NCBI GenBank assembly: GCA_964016885.1
Contig: OZ024761.1
Coordinates: forward strand, 3,534,001 to 3,598,000
Reading direction: 5' to 3'
Length of the DNA stretch: 64,000 nucleotides
Source: Eledone cirrhosa
Taxonomy: Eukaryota
Numbering within the stretch: position 1 is the first letter of the stretch; each line of letters starts with the position of its first letter. Shown here piece by piece: positions 50,476-64,000 of this stretch. The notes under the pieces are model-generated. The model was given only the letters and a program-made list of their open reading frames with translations. It made no database searches and was not told the origin of the DNA. The translations under genes were made by a program, and so were the position numbers.

Positions 50476-50510
<35 letters not shown>

Positions 50511-50679
50511 TATATCATATATATACATATATATATATATATATTCTATATCACATATATATATATATATATATATATATTCTATATCATATATATATAT
50601 ATATATATATTCTATATCATATATATACATATATATATATATATATATTCTATATCATATATATATATATATATTCTAT

Positions 50680-50710
<31 letters not shown>

Positions 50711-50741
50711 TCTATATCATATATATATATATATATTCTAT

Positions 50742-50778
<37 letters not shown>

Positions 50779-50781
50779 TAT

Positions 50782-50812
<31 letters not shown>

Positions 50813-51262
50813 TCTATATCATATATATACATATATATATATATTCTATATCATATATATACATATATATATATATATTCTATATCATATATATACATAT
50901 ATATATATATATTCTATATCATATATATACATATATATATATATATTCTATATCATATATATACATATATATATATATATATATTCTATATCATATATAT
51001 ACATATATATATATATTCTATATCATATATATACATATATATATATTTTCTATATCATATATATACATATATATTCTATATCATATATATACATATATAT
51101 TCTATATCATATATATACATATATATTCTATATCATATATATACATATATATATTCTGTATCATATATATACATATATATATATTCTATATCATATATAT
51201 ATATATTCTGTATCATATATATACATATATATATATTCTATATCATATATATACATATATTC
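49709..51262. repeat. (TA)n-based satellite punctuated by TTCTATATCA
   Basis: Direct inspection; continues at 52122-52553. Confidence 0.96.
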
Positions 51263-52123
51263 TGACAAAATCAGCAGTGGGGGAGGGTGCTGTGAAAGTA
51301 CAGTAGCTAGAGTCAGAACTGGATGGAAAAAGTTCAGAGAGCTTATACCACTATTAGCCGCTAAAGGGTTCTCCCTAAAAATGAAAGGCAGGCTGTATGA
51401 TGCCTGCATACGAACAGCAATGTTGCATGGCAGTGAGACCTGAGCATTGTGTGCAGAGGATATACGCAGACTAGAGAGGAACGAAGCTTGCATGCTCCGC
51501 TGGATGTGTAATAGTAATATACGTGACCATATATATAGTATATATGGTCACGTGATGCGCATGAAAGACGACAGCTGTATAAAAAAGTGCAGGGCAATAA
51601 AGATAGACGGTAGCCATGGAGTAGGCAGACCCAGAAAAACATGGGACGACCTGATAAATTCCGACCTCACACACTTACACCTCTCCAAGACAATGTCACT
51701 GGACCGAGATCTTTGGCAGTACTCAGTAATAGAGAAGACCCGCCTTACCTAAATACAAAGTAAAACCTACTACAGTCAGTAGGCATCTCTAACAAAATAC
51801 ACCCCCGTCCCATCCACACCGCCCCTTTCAATGTAAAGTTATGTTGGTGCCACAACATCCAGGCCGAAACAAATGAGATCGTGTAGGTGTCACGACAAAA
51901 AAACACACAGTCCACACTGTAATGTGGTCGTGTAGGCAACACGGTAAAAACCTCCCAGTCCCACACTGTAAATGTGGTTGGTGTTAGGAAGGGCATCCAG
52001 CTGTAGAAAACCCGCCAGACAGTCCTATGCGAGCAAGACAACCACTCTTGCTTCAAGTGGGAAAATTCCCGTCCAAACCCATGCAAGCGTGGAACAAGGA
52101 CGTTAAACGATGATGATGATGAT
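51263..52123 (+). mobile_element. 5'-truncated RTE LINE, same family as 16537-18527, inserted in the TA satellite
   Basis: [41 protein letters not shown], followed by a 3' UTR and (GAT)n tail. Confidence 0.93.
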
Positions 52124-52553
52124 ATTCTATATACATATATATATATATTCTATATACATATATATATATTCTATATCATATATATATATATATTCTATAT
52201 ATATATATATTCTATATCATATATATATATATATATATTCTATATCATATATATATATATTCTATATACATATATACATATTTTCTATATACATATATTC
52301 TATATACATCTATACATATATTCTATATACATATATTCTATATACATCTATACATATATTCTATATACATCTATACATATATTCTATATACATCTATACA
52401 TATATTCTATATACATCTATATATATTCTATATACATATATATATATTCTATATACATATATATATTCTATATACATATATATATATTCTATATCATATA
52501 TATATATTCTATATCATATATATACATATATATACATATATATTCTATATAAT
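52122..52553. repeat. Continuation of the TA-rich satellite
   Basis: Direct inspection. Confidence 0.93.
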
Positions 52554-53771
52554 ATAGGTATAGGTCTACCATTTACAACCAACAATAGGCCTGTATAGGT
52601 CTTCAATTCACAAGCAACAATAGGCCTGTATAAGTCTTTTTATAGTTCCATCAGATAAGGGCAAGCTAACCTATCAGAGGTTTTATCAGAAAGGCTAAGA
52701 TACGTTTCTTATCAGTTTTAGTTATTATCTAGGCCTATTGTATACTCCTTTGTATCTTCAGATAATGTGCAGTCTGAGCAGAGTAACATATGTCAGATGC
52801 AGGGTTCCTGGCCCATCAGAGCGTTCAGTAAAGTGGGGGAACAAATGTAAAGGAGATGCATTCCCATGGTCCATCAAAGCCCTCAGTAAAGTGGGGATCA
52901 TATGTGAAATGGAGGGCCCAAACCATCTGAATCCTCAGAGTGTAAGAAGTATGAAAGTGGAAGCAAGATGCCAGACCCTAGCCTGTCTGAAAGATCAGTA
53001 GAATGGGGGGGGGGGTATGGGAGATGCCAGCCCCTGGTCTGTCTGAGACCTCAGTAGAATGGGGGGGGGGGTGTATGGGAGATGCCAGCCCCTAGCCTGT
53101 CAAAGATCAGTGAGTACTGACCAAAGAGATACAAACGTGGTGGTGTTTTGTACTTTTCAAAAGCTGCCTTGCTAATGTGGTTTCATGTGATACATGACCT
53201 GAAAAGTTAATAAAAACAGTTGTTTTCTTCTTCTTTGTGTTAAGAAGATTACTAAAGAGGATGAAATGGTGGGGTTCAGTTTTAACAGCAAGGTCAGAGA
53301 TTTGAAAAATAGGGCTTATTCTGTAAGATAGGTGATAAAGTCAAATAGGAAAACATCTTATTAGCTCCCTCCAATAATATTAAATAGATTTATGAAATAG
53401 TTTAAGTCAGCTAAGTCAAATCAACATGATAGATATAAAAACAGAAATAGTGCAGCAAAGCTAGGCTAAATTATTTAAAGATGAAACCAGATTTGAGAGG
53501 AAGTTGAGTGTCACAAGCACAGTACCAACCCATAGCTAGCTGTAAGGAGTGGGTGCACTGTATAATTAACGAGTGTTTTGATGGCTATTAGCATTGAACT
53601 GAATTACAGACCTATTGGTCAAGAGATGGTCAATGAATCCCAAGTGGATAAGGAACTGCCAATGATTCAATGGTGATGACTGTTTATTAATCAAAGATAG
53701 GAAATGGTGGGAAGGAAGTAGTTTGATAGTATCAGTAAGACAGAAAGGTGTGGGTAGTGGTAGGAGAGAGA

Positions 53772-54855
<1,084 letters not shown>

Positions 54856-55003
54856 TTAGAAATACATATATCATCATCACCATCATCATGGAAGATGGAC
54901 GTTAAACGTTGAAGATGATATAAAATGAGTAAAAAATATGGACAAAGACGGTAACCACATCAATCGACCACTAGAGATACGTTGTTTTGGTGTGTGTATA
55001 TAT

Positions 55004-55212
55004 ATCATCATCATCACTGTGTTACGTCCGTTCTTCCACGTTAGCATGGGTTAGACGGGTTGTCCTGTTGTGGGCTGACTGTCTTGCTCATACGGGAACT
55101 GATTCTGGCTTGATTTCTACAGCTGGATGCCCTTCCTAACACCAACCTCATTGAGTGCTAGGTGCTTTTTTCCCATGGCGCCTACACGTCCACTTTACGG
55201 TGTGGGCTGGGT
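55004..55212 (-). mobile_element. SINE family B 3' fragment, divergently abutting the next copy
   Basis: (ATC)n..TTACGTCC..GGGAACTGATTCTGGCTTGATTTCTACAGCTGGATG. Confidence 0.75.
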
Positions 55213-55583
55213 GCTTAGTGGTTAGAGCATTGGCCTTGCAATCGAAAGGTTGTGAGTTCAATTCTCAGACCGGGTGATGTGTTGTTTCCTTGAGCAAGAC
55301 ACTTTATTTCACATTGCTACAGTTTACTCAGCTGTAGAAATGAGATGATAGGGACTGGGGTCCATATCATTCCACTGCAAAGTGGTCGTGGAGGTGCCAT
55401 GGCAAAAAAGCACCCAGCCCACACTGTAAAGTGGATGTGTAGGTGCCACAGCAAAAAAACACCCAGCACTCACTGTAAATGAGGTTGGTGTTAGGAAGGA
55501 CATCCAGCTGTAGAAATCAAGCCAGAATCAGTTCCCGTCCCACCCTTGCAAGCAGGGAAAAAGCGGACGTAAAATGATGATGA
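55213..55583 (+). mobile_element. tRNA-derived SINE family B, near full length
   Basis: GCTTAGTGGTTAGAGCATTGG..GAGTTCAATTCTC..CCTTGAGCAAGACACTT..GGACGTAAAATGATGATGAT. Confidence 0.85.
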
Positions 55584-56035
55584 TATATACATATATTACA
55601 CATGCAAACATAGCTAATAAGTTAATTAATAGAATCAAATCTAGCACCTTCACATGCCCCTCACCCACCATAACAACCACCACCACCGATTAAAACAGAG
55701 CCCAGATTAACCTTAAGTTGACTGGAGAAGTGAGGGGAGAGGGGATTAATTAGAGCTCAAAACATTTTGTATTGATAAATTGCTAATATTTATATTATTG
55801 TCGGATTGGCAAAATCAGTAGAGCGTCGAACAACATGCATTGTGGAACAGAGTTACGACCCATTACGTTCTGAGTTCAAATCCCACCAAGGTTAGCTTTA
55901 CCTTTCATCATAAACAGGGTCCATAAAATAGGGTTGTATGCGGATGTAGAGAACAGTTGGGGGGGGGGGGGTTACCACAGGCTAAGATACTTATAGAATT
56001 AAGCCTGTTGTCATAGTAACAGTTACTTTTACTGC

Positions 56036-58212
56036 CGGTGGTGGTGGTGGTGGTGTTGGTGGTGGTGGTGGTGGTGTTGGTGGTGGTGGTGTTGTTGGTG
56101 GTGGTGGTGTTGTTGGTGGTGGTGGTGTTGTTGGTGGTGGTGGTGTTGTTGGTGGTGGTGGTGTTGTTGGTGGTGGTGGTGTTGTTGTTGGTGGTGGTAG
56201 TGGTGGTGGTGGTGTTGGGGTTGGTAGTGTTGGTGGTGGTGGTGTTGGTAGTGTTGGTGGTGGTGGTGTTTGGGTTGGTAGTGGTGGTGTTGGTGGTGGT
56301 GTTGGTGGTGTTGGTAGTGGTGGTAGTGGTGGTGTTGGTGGTGGTGTTGGTGGTGTTGGTAGTGGTGGTAGTGGTGGTGTTGGTAGTGTTGGTGGTGTTG
56401 GTAGTGGTGTTGGTAGTGGTGGTGGTGGTGTTGGTAGTGGTGGTGGAGTTGGTAGTGGTGGTGGTGGTGTTGGTGTTGGTAGTGGTGGTGGTGTTGGTAG
56501 TGGTGGTGGTGTTGGTAGTGGTGGTGTTGGTAGTGGTGGTGTTGGTAGTGGTGGTGGTGGTAGTGGTGGTGGTGGTGGTGGTGGTGGTGTTGGTAGTGGT
56601 GGTGGTGGTGTTGGTAGTGGTGTTGGTAGTGGTGGTGGTGGTGTTGGTAGTGGTGGTGGTGGTAGTGGTGGTGGTGGTGGTGGTAGTGGTGGTGGTGGTG
56701 GTGGTGGTGTTGGTGGTGTTGGTGGTGGTAGTGGTGGTGATGGTAGTGGTGGTGTTGGTAGTGGTGGTGTTGGTAGTGCTGTTGTTGGTAGTGGTGGTGT
56801 TGGTAGTGGTGGTGTTGGTAGTGGTGTTGTTAGTAGTGGTGGTGGTGTTGGTAGTGGTGATATTGGTGGTGGTGGTGGTGTTGGTAGTGGTGATATTGGT
56901 GGTGGTGTTGGTAGTGTTGGTGTTGTTGGTAGAGGTGATGTTGGTGGTGGTGTTAGTGGTGGTGATGGTGGTGGTGGTGATGGTGGTGTTGGTGGTGTTG
57001 GTGATGGTGGTGGTGTTGGTAGTGATGGTGGTGATATTGGTGGTGGTGTTGGTAGTGTTGGTGTTGTTGGTAGAGGTGATGTTGGTGGTAGTGTTGGTGG
57101 TGGTGTTAGTGGTGGTGGTGGTGGTGGTGGTGATGGTGGTGTTGGTGATGGTGGTGTTGGTGATGGTGGTGTTGGTGATGGTGGTGTTGGTGATGGTGGT
57201 GTTGGTGATGGTGGTGTTGGTGATGGTGGTGTTGGTGATGGTGGTGTTGGTGATGGTGGTGTTGGTGATGGTGGTGTTGGTGATGGTGGTGTTGGTGATG
57301 GTGGTGTTGGTGATGGTGGTGTTGGTGATGGTGGTGTTGGTGGTGGTGATGGTGGTGGTGGTGATGGTGGTGTTGGTGGTGATGGTGGTGTTGGTGGTGA
57401 TGGTGGTGTTGGTGGTGGTGGTGTTGGTGGTGGTGTTGGTGGTGTTGGTGGTGTTGGTGGTGATGGTGGTGTTGGTGGTGTTGGTGGTGGTAGTGGTGGT
57501 GTTGCTGGTGGTAGTGGTGGTGTTGCTGGTGGTAGTGGTGGTGTTGCTGGTGGTAGTGGTGGTGTTGCTGGTGGTAGTGGTGGTGTTGCTGGTGGTAGTG
57601 GTGGTGTTGCTGGTGGTGGTGGTATCGGTGGTGGTTGTGTTGGTGGTGGTGGTGGTGGTGTTGGTGGTGGTGGTGGTGGTGTTGGTGGTGGTGGTGGTGG
57701 TGGTGGTAGTGGTGGTGTTGCTGGTGGTAGTGGTGGTGTTGCTGGTGGTGGTGGTATCGGTGGTGGTGGTGGTTGTGTTGGTGGTGGTGGTGTTGGTGGT
57801 GGTGGTATCGGTGGTGGTGTTGGTGGTGGTGGTGTTGGTGGTGGTGGTGTTGTTGCTGGTGGTGGTGTTGCTGGTGGTAGTGGTGGTGTTGCTGGTGGTG
57901 GTAGTGGTGGTGGTGGTATTGGTGTTGTTGGTGGTGGTGGTGGTGGTGGTGGTGTTGTTGGTGGTGGTGGTGGTGGTGGTGTTGGTGTTGGTGGTGGTGT
58001 TGATGGTGGTGGTGTTGGTGGTGGTGTTGATGGTGGTGTTGTTGGTGGTGGTGGTGGTGTTGTTGGTGGTGGTGGTGGTGGTGGTGGTGTTGGTGTTGGT
58101 GTTGGTGGTGGTGTTGGTGTTGGTGGTGGTGTTGGTGGTGGTGGTGTTGATGGTGGTGTTGATGGTGGTGTTGTTGGTGGTGGTGTTGATGGTGGTGGTG
58201 GTGTTGATGATG
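56036..58212. repeat. 2.2-kb imperfect (GGT)n tract
   Basis: Direct inspection. Confidence 0.97.
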
Positions 58213-58319
58213 TTATCAGTGGTTCTTCAATTAGCCACAGTGAGCAAGAATACACAAAGACACAAAGCAATAATCTCTGAACCCTAGTTGTGTTGGCCCT
58301 GAAAGAGAGGCAGAGTCCT

Positions 58320-58545
58320 CAGTCACGCCAGGTTCTGACAGCAGCAACTATATCCAGGTAATCCGGCAGGAACCCCAAGAGAGACCAACCAAGTCAATAT
58401 TATCCAATCGATGTCTATTTCTGGGTTTCCTGTTCATTTTGTCCTTAAAATCTGTCCAAATATAATATCGGAGCTGTGATATGTCAATTTGGAGAAGTAG
58501 TGGCTCTACCTGGAGCAACTCCCTAAATTCCAAGCTCTGCATTTT
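58320..58545 (-). mobile_element. Old RTE-like LINE 3' fragment
   Basis: LQVEPLLLQIDISQLRY..RKPR..RLDNI resembles the RTE C-terminal EPLLLRIERSQLRW..RPR motif. Confidence 0.5.
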
Positions 58546-58575
58546 TTTACATATTCTGAAAAATCAGAGAACAAT

Positions 58576-59356
58576 AACCCTTTCCTTACCATATTTCTCA
58601 TGAAAGACACTGCCTATGCCATTAACCCTTTCATTACCATATTTCTAATGAAAGACACAGTCTATGTCATTAACCCTTTCATTACCATATTTCTAATGAA
58701 AGTCACTGTCTATGTCATTAACCCTTTCATTACCATATTTCTAATGAAAGACACTGTCTATGTCATTAACCCTTTCATTACCATATTTCTAATGAAAGAC
58801 ACTATGTCATTAACCCTTTCATTACCATATTTCTAATGAAAGACTGTCTATGTCATTAACCCTTTCCTTACCATATTTCTAATGAAAGACACTGTCTATG
58901 TCATTAACCCTTTCATTACCATATTTCTAATGAAAGACACTATGTCATTAACCCTTTCATTACCATATTTCTAATGAAAGACTGTCTATGTCATTAACCC
59001 TTTCATTACCATATTTCTAATGAAAGACACTGTCTATGTTATTAACCCTTTCATTACCATATTTCTAATGAAAGACACTGTCTATGTCATTAACCCTTTC
59101 ATTACCATATTTCTAATGAAAGACTGTCTATGTCATTAACCCTTTCATTACCATATTTCTAATGAAAGACACTGTCTATGTCATTACCCCTTTCATTATC
59201 ATATTTCTAATGAAAGACACTGTCTATGTCATTAACCCTTTCATTACCATATTTCTAATGAAAGACACTGTCTATGTCATTAACCCTTTCATTATCATAT
59301 TTCTAATGAAAGACACTGTCTATGTCATTAACCCTTTCATTACTACTGTATTCTAA
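58576..59356. repeat. Second array of the 48-bp minisatellite, ~16 copies
   Basis: Same unit and orientation as 36314-38642. Confidence 0.96.
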
Positions 59357-59534
59357 TCCTAGTTTCCCACAAACTATTCCAGACATAACTAATGGTTATT
59401 ACTGATAGGATACTTGACCGAAGCTAACTTGAACAGTCCAGTCCAAACAAAACACTTTGACCAATTAGTTACCAGTCCAATTATAACTTTAAATAGAGAA
59501 GAGTTTAATTTAGCTTAATACTGAACAAAACAAA

Positions 59535-60057
59535 ATCAATGACTATGTTTCTGTATTAAGTTACTAAGTTACTAATAAATCACTATGTCTCTATATTAAG
59601 TTACTAAGTTACTAATCAATGACTGACTCTATATTAAGTTACTAAGTTACTAATCAATGACTGACTCTATATTAAGTTACTAAGTTACTAATCAATGACT
59701 GTGTCTCTATATTAAGTTACTAAGTTACTAATCAATGACTATGTCTCTATATTAAGTTACTAAGTTACTAATCAATGACTATGTCTCTATATTAAGTTAC
59801 TAAGTTACTAATCAATGACTATGTCTCTATATTAAGTTACTAAGTTACTAATCAATGACTATGTCTCTATATTAAGTTACTAAGTTACTAATCAATGACT
59901 ATGTCTCTATATTAAGTTATTAAGTTACTAAGTTACTAATCAATGACTGTCTCTATATTAAGTTACTAATCAATGACTATGTCTCTATATTAAGTTACAA
60001 GTTACTAAGGTACTAATCAATGACTATGTCTCTATATTAAGTTACTAAGTTACTAAG
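59535..60057. repeat. 40-bp minisatellite, ~13 copies
   Basis: Unit TATATTAAGTTACTAAGTTACTAATCAATGACTATGTCTC. Confidence 0.94.
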
Positions 60058-60149
60058 CATGAGAAGATACAGTACCACTTCGTTGGCTCTCACGAAGCTC
60101 AATCATTGATTGTATTGATAAATATCAGGTGAGATAATGATAGGTGAAC

Positions 60150-60495
60150 ATGTGTGGTGTAGTAGTTAGGGTGTTGGTCTTGTTGTCATAATGTCAGGGG
60201 TTTAGACTGGGTTCACACAGGAGTCTAGTGAGGTGTAGTAGTTAGGGAGTTGGTCTTGTTATCATAATGTCATGGGTTTGATTCCTAGACTGGGAATGTG
60301 TGTTGTGTTCTTGAGCAAAACACTTTGTTTCATGTTGCTCCAGTATACACAGCTGAAAACGTGTACTAGTAATAGCTGGGGGTTTAAACCTTCAATGGAC
60401 TGGCTTCTTGTCCAGGGGAAAGTCTTACTCTCTGTCACTTACCAAGAAAACCAGGATAAACACTGACATGGTGAGCCTCCGGGCTTAGGAAGAAG
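60150..60495 (+). mobile_element. Degenerate tRNA-derived SINE with a duplicated head
   Basis: GGTGTAGTAGTTAGGG occurs twice, followed by GGTTTGATTCC and CTTGAGCAAAACACTT. Confidence 0.6.
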
Positions 60496-60948
60496 AAAAA
60501 AAATTTAAATTGACAGCTCACACCTAAGCAGGTTGGCCTCCTGTTGTATCACATGTCTTGACTGTTTTAATGATAGGGGGCTCCACCAGTCCTACTGTGA
60601 AAAGCTATGTGAAATGAAGTGTCTTGCACAAGACAATACACCACCAGTCCAGGAATGAAACCTACAATCTCCTAACCAATGAAGACAAGTCTGATTTCTG
60701 TAAAGTATATGGACATCTCAGATGAAGATAATTCTCTCCCTTTTCTCTGTCAATCTATTTCTAATATAGGACTAAGGGTAAAATAATACCCAGGGACACA
60801 CACTGCAAGAAAACGAAACAGTAAGGCTACTGTTAACATAATTTAGTGAGCCAAGGTGGTCATCCTTGTGCCATGACAAAAAAGCACCTAGTCCACCATG
60901 TTAGGTGGTCAAGCTGGTCCCATGACAAAAAACACCCCGACCACTCTA

Positions 60949-61167
60949 TTAACCCTTTAGCATTTAAACTGGCCAGAATTCTCTCACCTTTTTTGGTTTA
61001 AACCGGCCATAACCAGTTACTCATACTGATGTTAAGATATTGTTCTCAAAATTAATAATATCAAAATTCCATAGACTCGATATTATGTGAGATAATTATG
61101 TAAGATAAAGCCTTTACCATGAACATTCAAAAGCATATATAAAGTAATGTAAATGCTAAAGGGTTAA
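60949..61167 (-). mobile_element. piggyBac-type MITE family P2, intact, opposite orientation
   Basis: TTAA plus perfect 14-bp TIRs CCCTTTAGCATTTA/TAAATGCTAAAGGG plus TTAA. Confidence 0.9.
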
Positions 61168-61614
61168 ATGACAGTTGTGGTGGTGCCACAAAAAAAAAAA
61201 ATTTCCAGTACATGTTGTAATGTAGTTGACATTAGGGAACAGCATCCAGCCAGAGGAAATCAAGCCCAAAACAATTCTGTATGAGTAAAACATGTTCATC
61301 TGACCTGGCTTGTCTCACAACAGGACAACTCGTTTAACGCATGGAAGATGGATGTTAAATGGTGGTGATGACGATGTGCAGCTTATTGTGAAGAAATTAC
61401 AAAACTACTTCAAAAACATCTTATGAACTCCAGAGGGTTTCTTCTAGTCTACACCACCTCTCTACAACAACAAACTGTACACCATATCTCTCATCATTGG
61501 TCAGTCCTGTTGCTATCCTCTGGTCAGTTATATCCATTAGTCATCTTTACAGTATTTCTACATCATTCTAATTATATTGATATCAATGTCCACCTATTAC
61601 TGGTAAAAAATACA

Positions 61615-61618
61615 TGCT

Positions 61619-61650
<32 letters not shown>

Positions 61651-62180
61651 CATCCCCGACAACCACCACTAGCACTGCTACTACCACCACCACCACCACT
61701 GCTACTACTACTACTATTACTGCTAATGCTTGATGTAAAAGTAGTGGAATTACTTGAAACAATGACAAAACACTGGTACAAAAGGAGTGGTCATTGTAGT
61801 GGTGGTGGTGGTCACTGTAATGGTGGTAGTGGTGGTGGTGGTCACTGTAATGGGGGTAGTGGTGGTGGTGATCACTGTAATGGGGGTAGTGGTGGTGGTC
61901 ACTGTAATGAGGGTAGTGGTGGTGGTGGCAGTGGTCTTGGTGGTGGTGGTCATTGTAATGGTGGTAGTGGTGGTCACTAATGGTGGTAGTGGTCACTAAT
62001 GGTAGTGGCAGTGGTCATTGTAATGGTGGTGATCACTGTAATGGTGGTGGCAGTGGTAATGGTAGTGGTGGTGGTGGTGGCAGTGGTCATTGTAATGGTA
62101 GTGGTGGTCACTATAATGGTGGTGGTATTGTTGTAGTGATAGATTAACCACCACCACCACCACCACCACCACCACCACCA
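61615..62180. repeat. Mixed CTA/CCA/GGT microsatellites and a GGTCACTGTAATGGTGGT repeat
   Basis: Direct inspection. Confidence 0.85.
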
Positions 62181-62789
62181 GCAATAGTATTCAACTTACA
62201 GTTATATGAAGTACTTGATAAAAGAGATTTTAACTGATTGGGAGCCCAACTGTGTTACAACAGTCACTACCAAAATCCACAAATTCTCACCTACTTTCAT
62301 GGTGTGAATACCATCACTTCCACACCTGTCTTTGTCACCTGGCATGGGAGGTGAGGTAGTATTTTTTGATCAGATGCTGACACTTATAATCACTTCTTAC
62401 AAGATGTAAGGGCACTGTATACTTATTCTAAATACTGGGGTGATATACATATAGTTGTTTACCAAGTACAATAAATCTTTAATGGGGTTTTAGAAAGTAA
62501 CCTTAAGAATGACTCTGAAGTTAATCTTTTCATAAATCCATTTTATGTAGTATTAAGTGGGATAAAGGTTTCTCTCTAACACAAACCTATTATTAGCTTT
62601 GCCTTTCATCCTTACGGGGTCAATAAAATAAAGTACCAGTAATACACTGAGGTCGATCTAATTAAATTTCCCCTCCCCTTCAAATTACTGGCCTTGTGCC
62701 TAAAGTAGAAACAATTATTACAAATAATAACTTTCCAAGGAAATCCTGGTAGATATTTCCTACACATCACATAGCAAAGGGGAGCTGTA

Positions 62790-62841
62790 ACCCCTGATGA
62801 AGTTGTAAACACATTGTCGAAACATATGGTACGTCTTGGGT
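62790..62841 (+). ncRNA. Degenerate hammerhead-like motif
   Basis: ACCC-CTGATGA(62794-800)..GAAA(62819-22)-CATATGGTACG-TC-ttGGGT; helices are eroded. Confidence 0.4.
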
Positions 62842-63100
62842 GTTTAACCTGATGGAGCCCATTACCTCTCAAGATCTAAACACAGCCAGTTGATGAGAGA
62901 TTACTGTTAAATAAGGTTGGGGTTTTCTTATGCTCCTCACCTCAAGCAAGGCAATAAAGCAACTAAAATACAGAGGGTCACTGAGAAGAACAAGACAGAG
63001 AACATAATTCAAAGAGAGAGAAGATGATGATTGCTGTTGTTCTTGAATTTTTGCCAATTTTAGTAAAAAGTCAGGAAAACAAGGAGCTAGAAGACAATTC

Positions 63101-63205
63101 CATAGGTGAGCTGTTGGAAACTATCTGAAGAGATTACATAGGTGAGCTGTTGGAAACTATCTGAAGAGATTACATAGGTGAGCTGTTGGAAACTATCTGA
63201 AGAGA
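63101..63205. repeat. 36-bp tandem repeat, 3 copies
   Basis: Unit CATAGGTGAGCTGTTGGAAACTATCTGAAGAGATTA. Confidence 0.9.
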
Positions 63206-63295
63206 ATGTGATTGAATTTAGGAATTTCATCAGTAAACGAATGAGAGCTAACCTCCAATCTGGTGCTGTTTAAACTCTTTTTAAAGACTACTTAC

Positions 63296-63374
63296 CATTT
63301 CTGTCTCCTTTTGGAATGCATCTAAAGAATTCAGGTATCCATTGGCACTAAGATAGTCAGCAACTGCTTTATTC
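63296..63374 (-). CDS. PAFAH1B1: LIS1 coding exon 2 (LisH): (L)NKAVADYLSANGYLNSLDAFQKETEM
   Basis: AG acceptor at 63376-75 and GTAAG donor at 63295-91; 79 nt; resembles human NRAIADYLRSNGY. Confidence 0.95.
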
Positions 63375-63739
63375 CTGAAAATAAATAGAATAAATTAAAC
63401 AAATTGCAACAGATATTTAACTTTTTAATAACTTACTGTCACCATAAACACAAAACCAAACTTTTAAACCACATCACCAAGCTTTCACCTAGTCCATGAC
63501 AGATCTTGAGAACATTTGCATCATTAGAGTAAACCCCCTAAATTTTCATATGATGCAGTTTTGTACTTTTTGAGGATGTCAGATTAATGTGGTTTTATGT
63601 AGTTCAAGATGTTAAGAGGTAAATTTACATGGGACATGGAAAGGGTTAGTAAAATAAGACACAAAATTCAAGGTACTACTTGAGGTGAGAAGAAAGCAGT
63701 TCCATGCGGGTCAGTGTGTCAGGAATTGTTTAGCCAACA

Positions 63740-64000
63740 GCTTATTACCTGTCACACTAGACATCACTAAATATTGTCAGGAACTACCTAGCCCTTGTTA
63801 CCTATCACATAGCAATGGTGTCACACTAGACACCACTAAATATTGTCAGGAACTGTCTAGTCCTTATTACCTTGTCACATAGCAATGTCAGAGACATCAC
63901 TAAATATAGTCAGGAACTGTCTAGTCCTTATTACCTGTCACATAATGGTGTCACACTAGACATCACTAAATATAGTCAGGAACTGTCTAGTCCTTATTAC
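63740..64000. repeat. ~60-70-bp tandem repeat, truncated by window edge
   Basis: ACATCACTAAATATAGTCAGGAACTGTCTAGTCCTTATTACC-like unit, 4 copies. Confidence 0.85.

Noticed and set aside
49696-51306. Ile/Tyr-rich 536- and 521-aa ORFs
   Set aside because: Translations of the (TA)n satellite.
52693-52718. GGCTAAGAT...TTCTTATCAGTTT resembles the U2 snRNA 5' region
   Set aside because: Only 9+13 nt match, with the branch-pairing segment missing and no flanking similarity; chance or a tiny relic.
55213-55275. tRNA-like sequence with A/B boxes
   Set aside because: It is a SINE head continuing into a SINE body; no proper acceptor stem.
55991-58287. 759-aa Pro/Thr extensin-like ORF and 749-aa poly-Val ORF
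   Set aside because: Translations of a (GGT)n tract.
63101-63205. Tandem 36-mer containing CTGAAGA and GAAA (possible hammerhead satellite)
   Set aside because: No helix I, II or III pairing; the putative UC overlaps the next CUGA.

Overview
AT-rich, repeat-dense animal genomic DNA; the SINE and RTE repertoire resembles octopod cephalopods (inference). The window is dominated by one minus-strand gene, LIS1/PAFAH1B1. I reconstructed 11 GT-AG coding exons by hand between 63374 and the TAA stop at 10665, totalling 1195 nt in frame; the start exon lies beyond the right edge. Roughly 30 kb of the ~52.7 kb gene span is tandem repeat (hand estimate): 85-, 70-, 25-, 52-, 48-, 72- and 40-bp minisatellites plus multi-kb GGT and TA tracts. 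Interspersed are RTE LINE fragments, tRNA-derived SINEs and TTAA-flanked piggyBac-type MITEs. All very long ORFs in the track are repeat artefacts. The main unexplained signals are: (i) a set of type I hammerhead-ribozyme motifs of probable Penelope origin, including a twin pair in a 331-bp near-perfect palindrome, one with a branched 94-nt helix II, and a CUGAAUGA core variant; (ii) satellites visibly grown out of MITEs; (iii) a nested 15/38-mer higher-order structure in the 10-kb array; (iv) several inverted-repeat pairs able to form dsRNA in the LIS1 pre-mRNA. All folding and alignment was done by eye.
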